Of a DNA stretch of 64,000 bases, positions 47,265 to 59,207 are shown in pieces (within the stretch, counting starts at the first letter, position 1; each line of letters opens with the position of its first letter). The stretch comes from Mytilus californianus. Taxonomy: Eukaryota. The notes beneath the pieces are model-generated. The model was given only the letters and a program-made list of their open reading frames with translations. It was not told the origin of the DNA and made no database searches. A program made the translations under genes and the position numbers. The DNA is taken from NCBI RefSeq assembly GCF_021869535.1, contig NW_026262582.1, forward strand, positions 71,858,001-71,922,000. The letters are read 5' to 3'.

Positions 47265-48790
47265 AAAATTGAGAATGGAAATGGGGACTGTGTCAAAGAG
47301 ACAACTATCCGACTAAAGAGCAGAAAACAGCCGAAGTCCACCAATGGGTCTTCAATACAGCAAGTAAATCCCGCTCCGGAAGCTTCAGCTGGCCCCTAAA
47401 CAAAAATATGTACTAGTTTAGTGATAATGGACGTCATACTAAACTCGAACATAAATATATAAAAGAAACTAAAATTAACAATCATATTAGACTTGCATAG
47501 GCCAGAGGCTCCTGACTTGGGACAGGCGCAAAAATGCAGCGGGGTTAAACATGTTTTTTTTAAGATTTCAACCCTGTTCCTATACCTCTTGCCAATTCAT
47601 AAAAACAAACACACAGCAATACGCACAGTAAAACTCAGTTGAAAAGAAGTCTGGGTCTGATAACAGAATTAGTAACAAACGAAACTAAACAAAATGACAA
47701 TGATATATAAATTAACAAAGGACTACTTACAGTAACTGACATGCCAGCTCTATACCTCAATCAAACTGATTGAAAACTTATGGCTTCATCATATGAATAT
47801 CAAGCACAATCCCTCCCGTTATGTGTATAGTATCATACCATCATAAAATATATGAGAAGAACATAACCCGTATTATGCCAACAACTGGTTTTAAATAAAT
47901 GTGTTTATTTCCGATGCAAAGACCCTATGAGTGAATCAATATTAATACCAAAATATGGCATCTTTAATGATCTGACAACAGTATCGTACTATATCCCTTC
48001 TGAATAAGTCTGTTTAAAGGTTTGGTTAGCTTTTGAGGTGAATGCCGATAATTTTGTGCTTTGTAAAAAATATTACCATAAAAGATTGGTGTGAAATACC
48101 TGAATGTATAAGATGTCTGCATGTTGATGTATATTTATGCATGATGTTACTATTCCGATGATAGAATTTAGTAAAAGTTTTGATTAGTTTGTGATATCGA
48201 AAATCCTGGTGTAATAGTTTTCAGTAATACATAGATTTCTTTCGCTAAAATCTAATACGTTGTTACATACACGAGCGGTTCGTACAAGTTGAGATACATA
48301 AACACAATAAGATGGTGACAAGGGAAAGTCACCATCTAAAAATGGATAATGAATAATAGAAAATGAAAATCAACTCTTTTAACATAGGCGTGTTGTGTAC
48401 TCTATTATTTGTATCTGAATTATTTGTAAAATGTGATATTCGAATACCATCAAAATTCCTACATTTATTTGATAAAATATGTTATATCAGTTTTTTCCCG
48501 TTTACATCAATTGTTACAAAACGAGGAAAGATCGTCTTTCGTGACCTCACGACACTGTTTACAATCTTGTTTAGATGGAGGACGATTGTTTGGTCGTTAT
48601 TTCGAAAAGTTTTTAACCTCTCTGTCTAAGATGATATCGAGGTCCTCTGTTATGACATGGTCATAGGGTTCATATCTAAACTTTGACGATTCACAATCTC
48701 AAGTTGACGAAGTATTATTTTCCACATTGACGACTGATGTAACTGACTGCTTGATTGCGTTTAGCACATTTTCGGCATTGATCTCGATTA
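47265..48790 (-). mobile_element. Penelope-like element: internally deleted ORF plus contiguous 3' tail
   Basis: N-part HVITEDLDII...PNNRPPSK...W/CKREK (48790-48400) is joined directly to C-part YPFLDGDFPLSPSY.VYVSQLVR.ARVCN...KLLHQGFRYHKL.KTF.KFYHR...SLHRK* (stop at 47905). It is followed by a tail ending CCCCATTTCCATTCTCAATTTTAT. Confidence 0.8.
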
Positions 48791-49504
48791 AATCTATTAG
48801 TATCTTAATTTTTTAATATAACATTTTACAAAAAAATGTCATTGAAAATCTTCAGATCTCCAGTACTAGCGTGGCAATGCAGCCTGAATATATGTAATTT
48901 GAGAACAAGAACATTTGCCATCAGGAGGTCCAGACTTATAATTCAGATTATAATATGCCTTGATTGATTGATTGGTGATACTTAATGTCACTTTAGCCGA
49001 AACTAGTGTGGATCCGGATAAAACCCTTTCCAAAGATCATCAATGTTTAAATAATCAGCAATAATTAACACATTTGAAGATACACATTAGAAAGAAACAC
49101 AAAATTGCAAGCTCTTAAATTACCTGCTAATAAGAAACTAGTTAGTCATTTTCTAAATTCTAACTTGAAGTAAATTTTAGAATAAAGTTTGAAAACAAAA
49201 TTTGATCCAAAATTTGTTTTACTGAATACCATGTATTCGGATTGTTTTTATTCACAGAATGTCTTGTATACCTGTACTAATCAGTTTTTACAAGCTGTTT
49301 AGAAGTTGGAAAATTTTTTTGATGCCCAACGGATTACATTTAACTTGTACCTTTCTGTTAAGAAAAAAGTAAAATCACAAAAATACTGAACTCCGAGGAA
49401 AATTCAATCGGAAAGTCCCTAATCACATGGCAAAATCAAATGACAAAACACATCAAACGAATGGACAACAACTGTCATATTCCTGACTTGGTACACAGCA
49501 AAAA

Positions 49505-49900
49505 TTGCATACCCGTTTTTCATGCGTAAAACAGGCGTTTTACGTATGTTATAAAACGTACGTAAAACGCATATTGAGGACCACGCATGTAAAACGCCCG
49601 TTTGAAACGTATGAATTATGTATGTTTAACACACGTAATACGTGCGTGAACGTAAAACATGCGTTAAATGATTACGTAGAACGCCCGTTTTATGGGTAAA
49701 CGCACGTTAAACGCCTGTTAATTTCTAGAAAATCATGTGTTTTACGTATGTTTTTTTTGTCCTCAACACCCGTTTTACGTATGGTTTTTTTTGTCCTCAA
49801 CACCGGTTTTACGTATGGTTTTTTTTGGTCTTCAGCACCCGTATTTACATATGTTTTTTTGGTCTTCAACACCTGTTTGACATGTTTTTTTTTCTTCCAA
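49505..49900. repeat. CpG-rich palindromic cluster followed by ~31-bp tandem repeats (likely a DNA-transposon end)
   Basis: Recurrent TTTTACGTATG / CGTAAAACG inverted motifs (49505-49720), then 4-5 units of TTTTACGTATG(G)TTTTTTTGTC(C/T)TCAACACC. Confidence 0.65.
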
Positions 49901-51439
49901 AGCACCCATAATATGCTTGGTTTTTTGTTGTTGTCTACACCATTTAATGAATGTTTTTTTTGTATGGTATTGTTAACATTTTACCTGTTTAACATGTTTT
50001 TGTGTTGTCCACAACACCCAAATACATTATGATTTTTTGGAGGTTTTTTTTCTGGTTGGTAATGGATATACCTTAAATACATTATACTTGTCTTTTCTAA
50101 TGTAAACACTAACAATTTGATTTTTTTTTACTTATATATTCAAGTAAACATATATAAATTAATGATTATATCATTGTAGTATTTAGTTGGTATCAAAATG
50201 ACTACATTTAAATTTGATGGTGTTGTCTGTCCTTTTCAAACTTGATTGCCTCCCTTCTAGAACTGTTTTTGGCAAGGCATACATTTACTGTGTGCTATCT
50301 TACAATTAGAATGGGAGCACAATATTTTATGACATCCTATTCAAATGATCTATATTCATTCATAAACCTAAATCCATGGAAAAACCCTCACGAGAAAGAT
50401 TATCAATTACCATTTAGAATGGACTATTTACCTTAAAGATGTCTTGGTTTTTATGCTAGTCTTATTGACGTAAACGCAACATCTCCTCTTGTATATTTAT
50501 GTTACACTCAGAATATAATCTACTGAAAAGAATAGATTATGCTTAAGCCAATTGAAGAAGAGAAGGTACATGTATTAGGATAAGACATCATCTTTTTCTG
50601 TTGGTCATTGGAAATTGTGTTCACCACAATTGTGATTTGGATGGATTGATCGTCGGTTGGTTGGTTCTATGATAGAATTTGCAAAAAGACCCCAAAATAT
50701 GATGGTCATATAAACCTTACAAATTTAGTTATTTCAATTCTATTTATTTAACAACTACATTTTTTTGGACGAGATATTTACAATCATACAAAATGTGTAC
50801 CATAGTTCTTATTTCATTAGCATTATGTGTTCCTAATGTACTTGTGGTTGACATATATACACTCCAAGTTTACTCTGCCTTGCTCTTGGACTCTTGTTCA
50901 CAAAACTGTTTAACTGTTAGTATTATTTAAGACTGTTCTCCTGTTTACAATATTATAATTTTTGCACATGAATTCCTTCATTTATTTGCACTTCTCCTTG
51001 TAAGATTCCAATGGTCATGATGATATAATCCTGTTGTTCATAATCAGTAAACATATCCTTCGAAAATTTTCTACAGCATCTGTAATGTAAAAACAAAAGA
51101 AGATGTATTTTGGTGGGCAGTCATTATTTTTTTAAATGGAATAACAAAGTATGAATATATATAGATGTTTGTCAAGATATGTCCTAAGCTTTTTTAAAAC
51201 ACAAGTGCAGACACTGAAGTGTCTCAACTGCTTTACTTTTTATCTCAAAACTGAAAAGTCTGATATATATCAGTGAATCACTGTCACACAATACACCAAA
51301 TATAGCCTATTGCTGATATATCATATCTGAGTAACAGACCATTGCTCATTCTTGAAGGCTGTAAGGTCTCGTGTGGAGAGTTGTCTCAGTGGCAATCATA
51401 CCATATCTTCTAATTTAATTTTTATACAAGTTAGAAATC

Positions 51440-51930
51440 TGAACATTGACTTATCGTTATGAACCATAATAATGAGGTCCAGGTCAGATGAACACTGTAG
51501 ACAACACCTACACCATGCAATCATTCCTAGCTACACATATAGTTGATATATTGATTATAGTATCTGAGAAACAGACATAACCATGAAAACTTACACTGAC
51601 CAATGAACCATGAACATGAGGTCAAGGTCAGATGACACCTGTCAAACAGACAGGTACACCTTACAATATTCCATACAATAAATATATTTGATCTATTGTT
51701 TATAGTAATACATATAGTATCTGAGAAATAGACCAAACCTCAAAAAATTAACATTGTCCTATGAACCATGATGAAACCTACCAGACAGACATGTACATCC
51801 TACAAATATACCATACACCATATATACAGGTGATCTATTGCTTAAAGTATCTGAGAAACCAACCAAACCACAAAAACTTAATATTGACAAATGAACCATA
51901 AATATGAGGTCACATCAAAAGTCTTACAAC
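51440..51930 (+). repeat. HINE-type internal tandem repeats (ATGAACCATGAA..TGAGGTCAAGGTCAGATGA)
   Basis: About three diverged units with recurrent GTATCTGAGAAA, ATGAACCAT and GAGGTC motifs. Confidence 0.55.
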
Positions 51931-52631
51931 TAAAAGAAACACGATAGCAGTCAGCACAAAGACAAACAACGAAAACTGTAGAGTTGACAAAAACTAGAGG
52001 CTCTAAAGAGCCTGTGTCTCGCTCACCTTGGTCTACATGCATATCAAACAAAGGACACTCTACAACATTGTGGAGGAGAATAGACTTCATGACAAAAATC
52101 TTTATTTTGTTGATCTTGTATAAAATTAACTCTTAGTCTGTTTAGTTTCTCTCTATCTTCTTTACTTCTTGCTCAAAACACAATAGAGGGTAAAAAAATC
52201 CCCTTTTAAGGGCAATTACTTCTATGAAGAGTGACAGTCTACTAACTCTGTCGGCAAAATTTGACTTTTTAATAGATCTTGCCTTGCTGATCATTTTTGT
52301 GATTTGAAGTGTTTATTTATCTTTTATAATTTAAATCATACAAGGCATAAAAAACAATTTTCTTTCTAAATGTCATAGTTTTCATGGTAATAGTCAATAA
52401 AATGCTCCGCAGGGCGCAGCTTGATATGACCGCAGAGGTCGAACCCTGAACAGTTGGGGCAAGTATGGACACAACATTCAAGCTTGATACTACAGCTCTG
52501 AATTTGGATTGTGATTAAATATTTGACACAGCATAGGTTTCTGACACAGAATGAATGTGGTCTTAGAACTTAAAAATTTTAAATTGGACATTTACCTATT
52601 ATGGTCCAATATCCAAAATCTAAATACATGA

Positions 52632-52990
52632 TTAGATTCAGCATATCAAAGAACCCCATATATTCAATTTTTGTTGAAATCAAACAAAGTTTAATTTTGG
52701 ACCCCCATTTGGACCAACTTGAAAACAGGGCCCATAATCAAAAATCTAAATACATGTTTAGATTCAGCATATCAAAAAACCACAAGAATTCAATTTTTGT
52801 TAAAATAAAACTTAGTTTAATTTTGGACCCTTTTGACCTTAATGTAGACCAATTTGAAAACGGGACCAAAAATTAAGAATCTAAATACAAGGTTAGATTC
52901 GGCATATCAAAGAACCCCAATAATTCAATTTTTTATGAAATCAAACAAAGTTTAATTTTGGACCCTTTGGACCTCAATGTGGACCAATTT
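52632..52990 (+). repeat. Tandem ~126-135-bp repeats inside a HINE
   Basis: TTAGATTC(A/G)GCATATCAAA starts at 52632, 52758 and 52893, with further copies at ~53873 and ~53999 after the nested insertion. Confidence 0.8.
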
Positions 52991-53100
52991 AAAAACGGGG
53001 CCCAAAATCCAATAAAAAACAGCTGCGCCATGAGTGCATGATACGCCCGTTGTCTTGTGTGAGGATTTTTATGCAATAAGCATAAATAGTTTCTGACATA

Positions 53101-53620
53101 CGGCGTGACATGCGAAAACCCCCTTTTTTTTTACAAAAAACTCAATATCTCTAAAATAAAATTTTTGAATCAAAACCAAAAAGTATACAGATCTTTAGAT
53201 TAATATAACTAAGAAGTGTGTAAAATTTTAAGCAATAATCATAAATCATTTTAGAGATATGGTGCGACATGTGAAAAACCCCTCCCCCTTTTTTTACAAA
53301 ATACTCATTTACTCAAAAATAAAATTTTGAATCATCACCAAAAAGTATACAGATCTTAAGGTTAATATAACTAAGAAGTGTGTAAAGTTTTAAGCAATAA
53401 TCATAAACTGTTTTTGAGATACGGCGCGACATGTGAAAAACCCCTCCCCCTTTTTTAACAAAATACTCAATATCTATAAAATAAAATTTTGAATCATCAC
53501 CAAAAAGTATACAGATCTAAAGATTAATATAACTAAGAAGTGTGTAAAGTTTTAAGCAATAATCATAAATTGTTTTTGAGATACAGCGCGACATGTGAAA
53601 AAAAACAGACACCTGTTTTA
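53101..53620 (+). repeat. Tandem ~160-bp repeats inside the nested HINE
   Basis: Units beginning CGGCG(T/C)GACATG start at 53101, ~53260, 53422 and 53584. Confidence 0.85.
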
Positions 53621-56010
53621 GTTACTAAGTCCCGTAACTCAAAAAGTTTAAATCTTATTTTCACCAAAAAGTATACAGATCGTTTGACCATCATAAGAAA
53701 CAACTATGTTAAGTTTCATGAAATTTGAATAAGTCATTCTCAAGTTACGGTGCGACATGTTTACGCCGGATAGACAGACGGACAGACGGACAAACGGACG
53801 GACACCGGACATTTGTATACCATAATATGTCCCATCAAAAATTGACAGGCGTATAAAAACTTATTATATAGGTTAGATTCAGCATATCAAAGAACCCCAT
53901 ATATTCATTTTTTGTTGAAATCAAACAAAGTTTAATTTTGAACCCAGATTTGGACCAACTTGAAAACTAGGCCCAAAATCCAAAAACTTAATACACGGTT
54001 AGATTCAGCATATTAAATAACCCCAAGAATTCAAGAATAAAACCCCATTGAAATTGGTCAAGAAATAAGCAATTTATACAAAGTATTAGAAAAGTATTGT
54101 TTTTGGCCCCTAATTCCTAAACAGTTAGGACCATATAACCCCCAAAATCAATCTCAACCTTCCTTTTTTGGTATGGAACCTTGTGGTACAATTTCAGAAA
54201 GATCCATACACTTACACACAAGTTATTGTCTGGAAACTAGAAAAATGCTTATATGGACCCCTTTTTAGGCCCTTAATTCCTAAACTGTTGGGACCATAAA
54301 CCCCAAAATCGATCCCAACCTTTCTTTTGTGGTTTCAAACCTTGTGTTTAAATTTCATAGATTTCTATTTACTTATACTAAAGTTATTGTTGGAAAACCA
54401 AATGTCTTCGGACGACGACGTGATAACAATATACGACCGCATAAAAATGAGAAAAAAATGTTTAATTTGTCATTTATTGGCAAAAATTCCTATAAGAATT
54501 TATCTAACAGTTTTGACGTATATGGACAATTGTTAGAGCTTATTATTCTGAACATTTTTGCTCCTTTCAAATTTTCTCTTATTTATTTAGTTTCAAAAAT
54601 TAATAGACAAAACTTGCATTTTACCCCCTATGTTCTATTTTTAGCCATGTCAGCCATGTTGGTTGGTAGGCGGGTCACATTTTGTAAACTAGATACCCTA
54701 ATGATGATTGTGGCCAAGTTTGGTTAAATTGGTCTCAGTAGTTTCAGAGCAGAAGATTTATGTAAAAAATTACAAAAATTTCCTTAAAATTGTAAAAAAT
54801 TGACTATAAAGGTCAATAACTCCTTAAGTGGTCCATTATTTGTAGATCTTACTTTACTGAACATTATTGCTGTTTACAGTTTATCTCTATAATAATATTC
54901 AAGATAATAACCAAAAACTGCAAAATTTCCTTAAAATTACCAATTCAGGAGCAGCAACCCAACAATGGGTTGTCTGATTTGTCTCAAACTTTCAGGGCAG
55001 ATAGATCACGACCTGACGAACAATTTTACCCCTGTCAGACTTGCTCTAAATGCTTTGGTTTCAAAGTTTCAGCCGCACTTCTGTACCCATTTTTAACCGA
55101 AAACCGAAGTAATCCTCCAACATTTTCATGTTGAATTGATACGGTTCCCCGGAAGGAAAAGCTCTTGACGTGTAAAAATCTGTTGTAAAATTGCTGAGAG
55201 CGTATCACAAAGTGTTTCAGTGTAAGGTCAATATATACCGTATTTGCTACGAAATAAAAATTAATTTTGCTGGGCAGACATGCAATGAGCATGCGTGCAA
55301 TGACGGAAATGATGACGGCACGTAAATTTCAGAGCCGAACGCCATGAAGGACGGTCGATCCAAACTGGCTTTTTTGCAATTTTAATCCCCAAATACCCCC
55401 CAAAAGATCTTGAAATGAACACATAATAAACTATGCTGGTCATTACCCCTTTGTGGTATAAAACAATATTCGTGGATTTTATGTGAAAGAAGAAAACGCG
55501 ACACCCAATTTCAACTCTATTCATTTAGTAATATAGATAAGCCAAAATCTACATTTTACCCCTATGTTCTATTTTTAGCCATCGCGACTATCTTGGTTGG
55601 CGGGCCAGGTCATCAGACATATTTTTTAACTAAATACCCAAATGATGATTGTGGCCAAGTTTAGTTAAATTTGGTCCAGTAGTTTCAGAGTAGAAGATTT
55701 TGTAAAAGTTTACAGACAACGACGAACCAAGGTCAGATTAATTCTGCCGGACAGAAATGCACATCATCTAAAACACCAAATACAGTTTAATTTAATATAT
55801 AGTAAATGAAAAATTTTGTAGACATGTTTGGAAATTGTCTTTGAATAACTCCATATTTCCTATGTGTCATTTATATTTACCTAAAACACCATTTTCTTTT
55901 CTTTACAGTTTGTTTAATACCTATACTATAATGCAGAACTGATCATACACCAACGAACGTATTTAACAAACCTAAGAAAGAAAAAATAATAATAGTTTAT
56001 ACATTTAAGG

Positions 56011-56155
56011 AATGACTGTAATATTTTTTCTGTCTATGAAGAAATAACATAAAAAATGTGGTGCACACTGAATAACCCGCGTAGTGGATTATTTTAAAGT
56101 GTGCACCACATTTTTTTTGTTATTTCGAATAGACAGAAAAAATATTACAGTCATT
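56011..56155. repeat. Long palindrome (~58-bp arms)
   Basis: AATGACTGTAATATTTTTTCTGTCTAT...TGTGGTGCACACT pairs with AGTGTGCACCACA...ATAGACAGAAAAAATATTACAGTCATT. Confidence 0.8.
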
Positions 56156-56559
56156 TCTTATAATTTAATTCTTAATTCCATTTTAAACCGGAGAAAATCA
56201 TGAAAAAACGTTGATGACATCAAGGTCACATGACAAAATTATGTCTATGAGCTGATAAACAAAACAAAGTCAGCCAATCTGAAGACGCGTTACATCCAAA
56301 ATTAAATTATTATTATATAAAAAAAGTTTAGAATTTTATATCCCTTAAATAGATGGTTCCTGTTTAACTGTTACAGCCTTTAAATAGTATACGTGTGGCT
56401 CACCTACATGAATCCTTGTGCATCTGTTATTAAACATGTCGCCTCTTGTTTTTGGTGGGTTAATGTTATTCAGTCTATTATAATAAGTTTTCTAAATAGT
56501 GATGTGTGGACTTTTTGGTTGTTTTTTTTTTTGCAAGACATCAGTTTCTCTTCCACTTA

Positions 56560-56787
56560 GGCCAAACTAAAAAGTATGTGTATTTACTGCCACATGCTGA
56601 AAAAAAAATAGGGTAGGTAGGTAGGGACTTTTTTTTATTTTTAATATTTTTTTTACATTGAGTCTATGGGAGCAACATTGTGACTTTAACAGTGCGTAAT
56701 CAAAAATGGTCAAAAAAACTTTGGGGTAGGGGATAAAAATTAGGGTAGGTAGGGGTACAGTAAACACACATACTTTTTTGTTTGGCC
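56560..56787. mobile_element. Tourist/PIF-Harbinger-type MITE
   Basis: ~30-bp TIR GGCCAAAC(T/A)AAAAAGTATGTGT(A/G)TTTACTG; TTA on both flanks (56557-59 and 56788-90). Confidence 0.8.
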
Positions 56788-57659
56788 TTATGAGTTTTGA
56801 ATGTCCCTTTTATTTCTTCTGTATCATCATGATCATTCATTTTAAGATCAACAACTCATATATGGAAGGAGTTCATAGACAATTTTTGTGCTGTTAAGTT
56901 ATGGTATTGGTAGACTTTGCAATCAAATTTGGAGTTAAACAACAGTTTTACAGTATATAAAGTCTTACGACCAACTATAGCAAGTTTTCCCCAAATTGCT
57001 AAAATCAAGATTTTAAGGTAATTTTCATTTCAGCTATTTGACCTTATGGCCTATATGTTGATCTTGTCTTTTTGATCATTTTTGCTATTCATAGTTTCTC
57101 ACTATCTATTCAAGTTTTAAGATAATGGGCAAAAACCAAATAAATTGTTAAAAATCACTTGATTTATCCTAATAAGAGTTGACTGATCCATTTCCACCAT
57201 ACATGTATGGAGGTATTTGTAGATAATTTTTTGTATTCAAAAGTTGCCCTCTATCTTTTGCCAAAAGGGTGGGGGGACATATTGGAACCCTGTTCTTTTG
57301 TTGGACTTTTTCTGTAATTGTGTCCATACTACCCTAATCTATAAACCCAATCCAGACCCTCATAAGTGGTTAAAATTCTTATACAACTGCATACATTTTG
57401 TACCAAACATTATTGACCTGTATGAGTAGTGGTTCCCATTGAGCCGACCTAATAACCGTTGTTGACCTGTCAACACAAGGCCTTGGCAAGCAACAGCATG
57501 TCCAATTATTAATATTGTTTTTTTCCCCTTCTCTGATGCAAGGCAAAATGACATACATTTTTCAATCACCAAGAGGAAATGAGAATTTACATGACAAATT
57601 GACATGATTGATAGCTACTGCTTATGATTGTTTGCTACAATACAGTATCTAATACTTAC

Positions 57660-57689
57660 CAATTTCAGTTGTTGGAAGAGTGATTGGCA
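57660..57689 (-). other. Candidate 30-nt micro-exon (VPITLPTTEI)
   Basis: Strong acceptor ctttttgtaatttttcag| and donor |gtaagt around TGCCAATCACTCTTCCAACAACTGAAATTG; parent gene unknown. Confidence 0.4.
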
Positions 57690-58229
57690 CTGAAAAATTA
57701 CAAAAAGTTAAATTTATTTTAATGCATATATATACATGTACAAATAATTAGCATAATCTGCAAATATTTTTACAAAATTTACTTTATTTTTAAAATAGAT
57801 GGTGGCTTAGTTAAATTACTGATATTTTTAATATACCAGTCCCTACAATAATGTTTATGTTGTACATCAAATCTATCTCAGCATACTCAATCTAGTTAGT
57901 TCAGTGGGTAAACATGTGTACAAAGTATCATGTTGATGTCACTCTGATGGTCACATGATAATGACATGATGCGTTGATGTGACCATCAGGTGGATAGTTG
58001 TCTCATTGGCATTCATATTGCATGGCATGCTGCATCTCCTTATTTTGATATTAGCATGGTATTTTTTTTTTTAGGAGATTTATATCAATTTGACAATTCT
58101 AAAAAAAAGTTTAAACTTCAAAATGTGGTGGCTTTTTGGCATTGCAGTTTTGTAGATTTACACCATGTACACATGAACAGGTCTTCCTGATATTTTTTTG
58201 TCATTTTCATTGCTCCACGAGTCATCTTC

Positions 58230-58720
58230 CACATTCAGATGAAGGATTCATTTTGTGATTATAAGCATCAGTTTCATAACATTTGTATGAGACATACTAA
58301 AGTTAAAGAACAGAAACTACAGATTCAGCCCTTTTTTTTTAATAAAAGGGGCATAACTCATGAACGGTACAAGTGACACCACCCAATTTGTGGTAATAAG
58401 CATTGTGTATAAGTTTCATAATATTTAGTTAAGACAAACTTAAGTTAGATTACAAAAACGAAAAAAAAATAGAATTTTTTTTTGTTTATACGAGACACAA
58501 CTCATGAACGGTAAAGGTGACGCCACCCAATTTTGATCTTGATCTGTGTTTTGTGGTAATAAGCATATAGTGAATAAGTTTTATAACATTTGGTTGAGGC
58601 AAACTAAAGTTAGGAAACGGAAACCAATTTTGGGGATGTACGGACGGACAGGACAGACAAGGGCAAAACTTAATATCCCCTTCGCTACAGTGATGGGCAT
58701 ACAAATAGTATTCTCCAGTT
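58230..58720 (+). mobile_element. HINE-like element with diverged tandem units
   Basis: Repeated AAGTTTCATAACATTT..T.AG.CA.ACT.AAGTT and CATAACTCATGAACGGTA units; GGACAG microsatellite near 58640. Confidence 0.55.
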
Positions 58721-58989
58721 TCATGTGTCTGTCTGAAATGGGAAAAGTCAGTGTATCCCAAACTCTGTCTGACTGACAAAATGTTTTTAGTAGAAAAACG
58801 TAAAATTTCTGTTTCATTCAGACAAACCCCAAAATAGTTTGCCGAAGACTGCAGGAACCTCATCACTGTGTGCATTTTCTTACATTTCAATGTATTAATA
58901 TTCTTCAAGGATTATGGTGGTAAAGGTAGTATGCAAGAAATATGTCTATTATTGAGATTTAATTATATCAGGATAGATACTAGGCCTAA

Positions 58990-59207
58990 GGCCAAATAAA
59001 ATAATATGTGTGTTTCCTATTACAACATCTTTGAAAAAAATAGGGTAGGTAGGTAGGGAATTTTTTTTATTTTACAATTTTTTTTTTACATTGAGTCTAT
59101 ATGGGAGAGAAATTTTGATTTAACAGTGCTTATTGAAAAATACCCACAAAACTTTAAGGTAGGCTATTTCTTCGCTAAAAATATAGGGTAAGTAGGGAAA
59201 TTTGGCC
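58990..59207. mobile_element. Second copy of the same Tourist-like MITE
   Basis: GGCCAAA...TTTGGCC termini, flanks TAA/TTA, shared internal AAATAGGGTAGGTAGGTAGGG and TTTACATTGAGTCTAT. Confidence 0.7.

Larger units (their letters stand above)
51990..55730 (+). mobile_element. Stack of nested HINE/pearl-like elements
   Basis: Element starts at ~51990 (AACTAGAGGCTCTAAAGAGCC), ~52400 (GCTCCGCAGGGCGCAGC) and ~52995. GAC-microsatellite ends at ~53770-53810, ~54410 and ~55715. Confidence 0.7.

Noticed and set aside
51878-52090. ORF containing KTFDVT, like the DZIP3-HEPN 'SKTFDVTL' motif
   Set aside because: It lies across HINE sequence on the antisense strand and the surrounding residues do not match.
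52632-53620. Regular repeats as a CRISPR-like array
   Set aside because: Eukaryotic context; the units are wholly repeated with no unique spacers. These are HINE-internal satellites.
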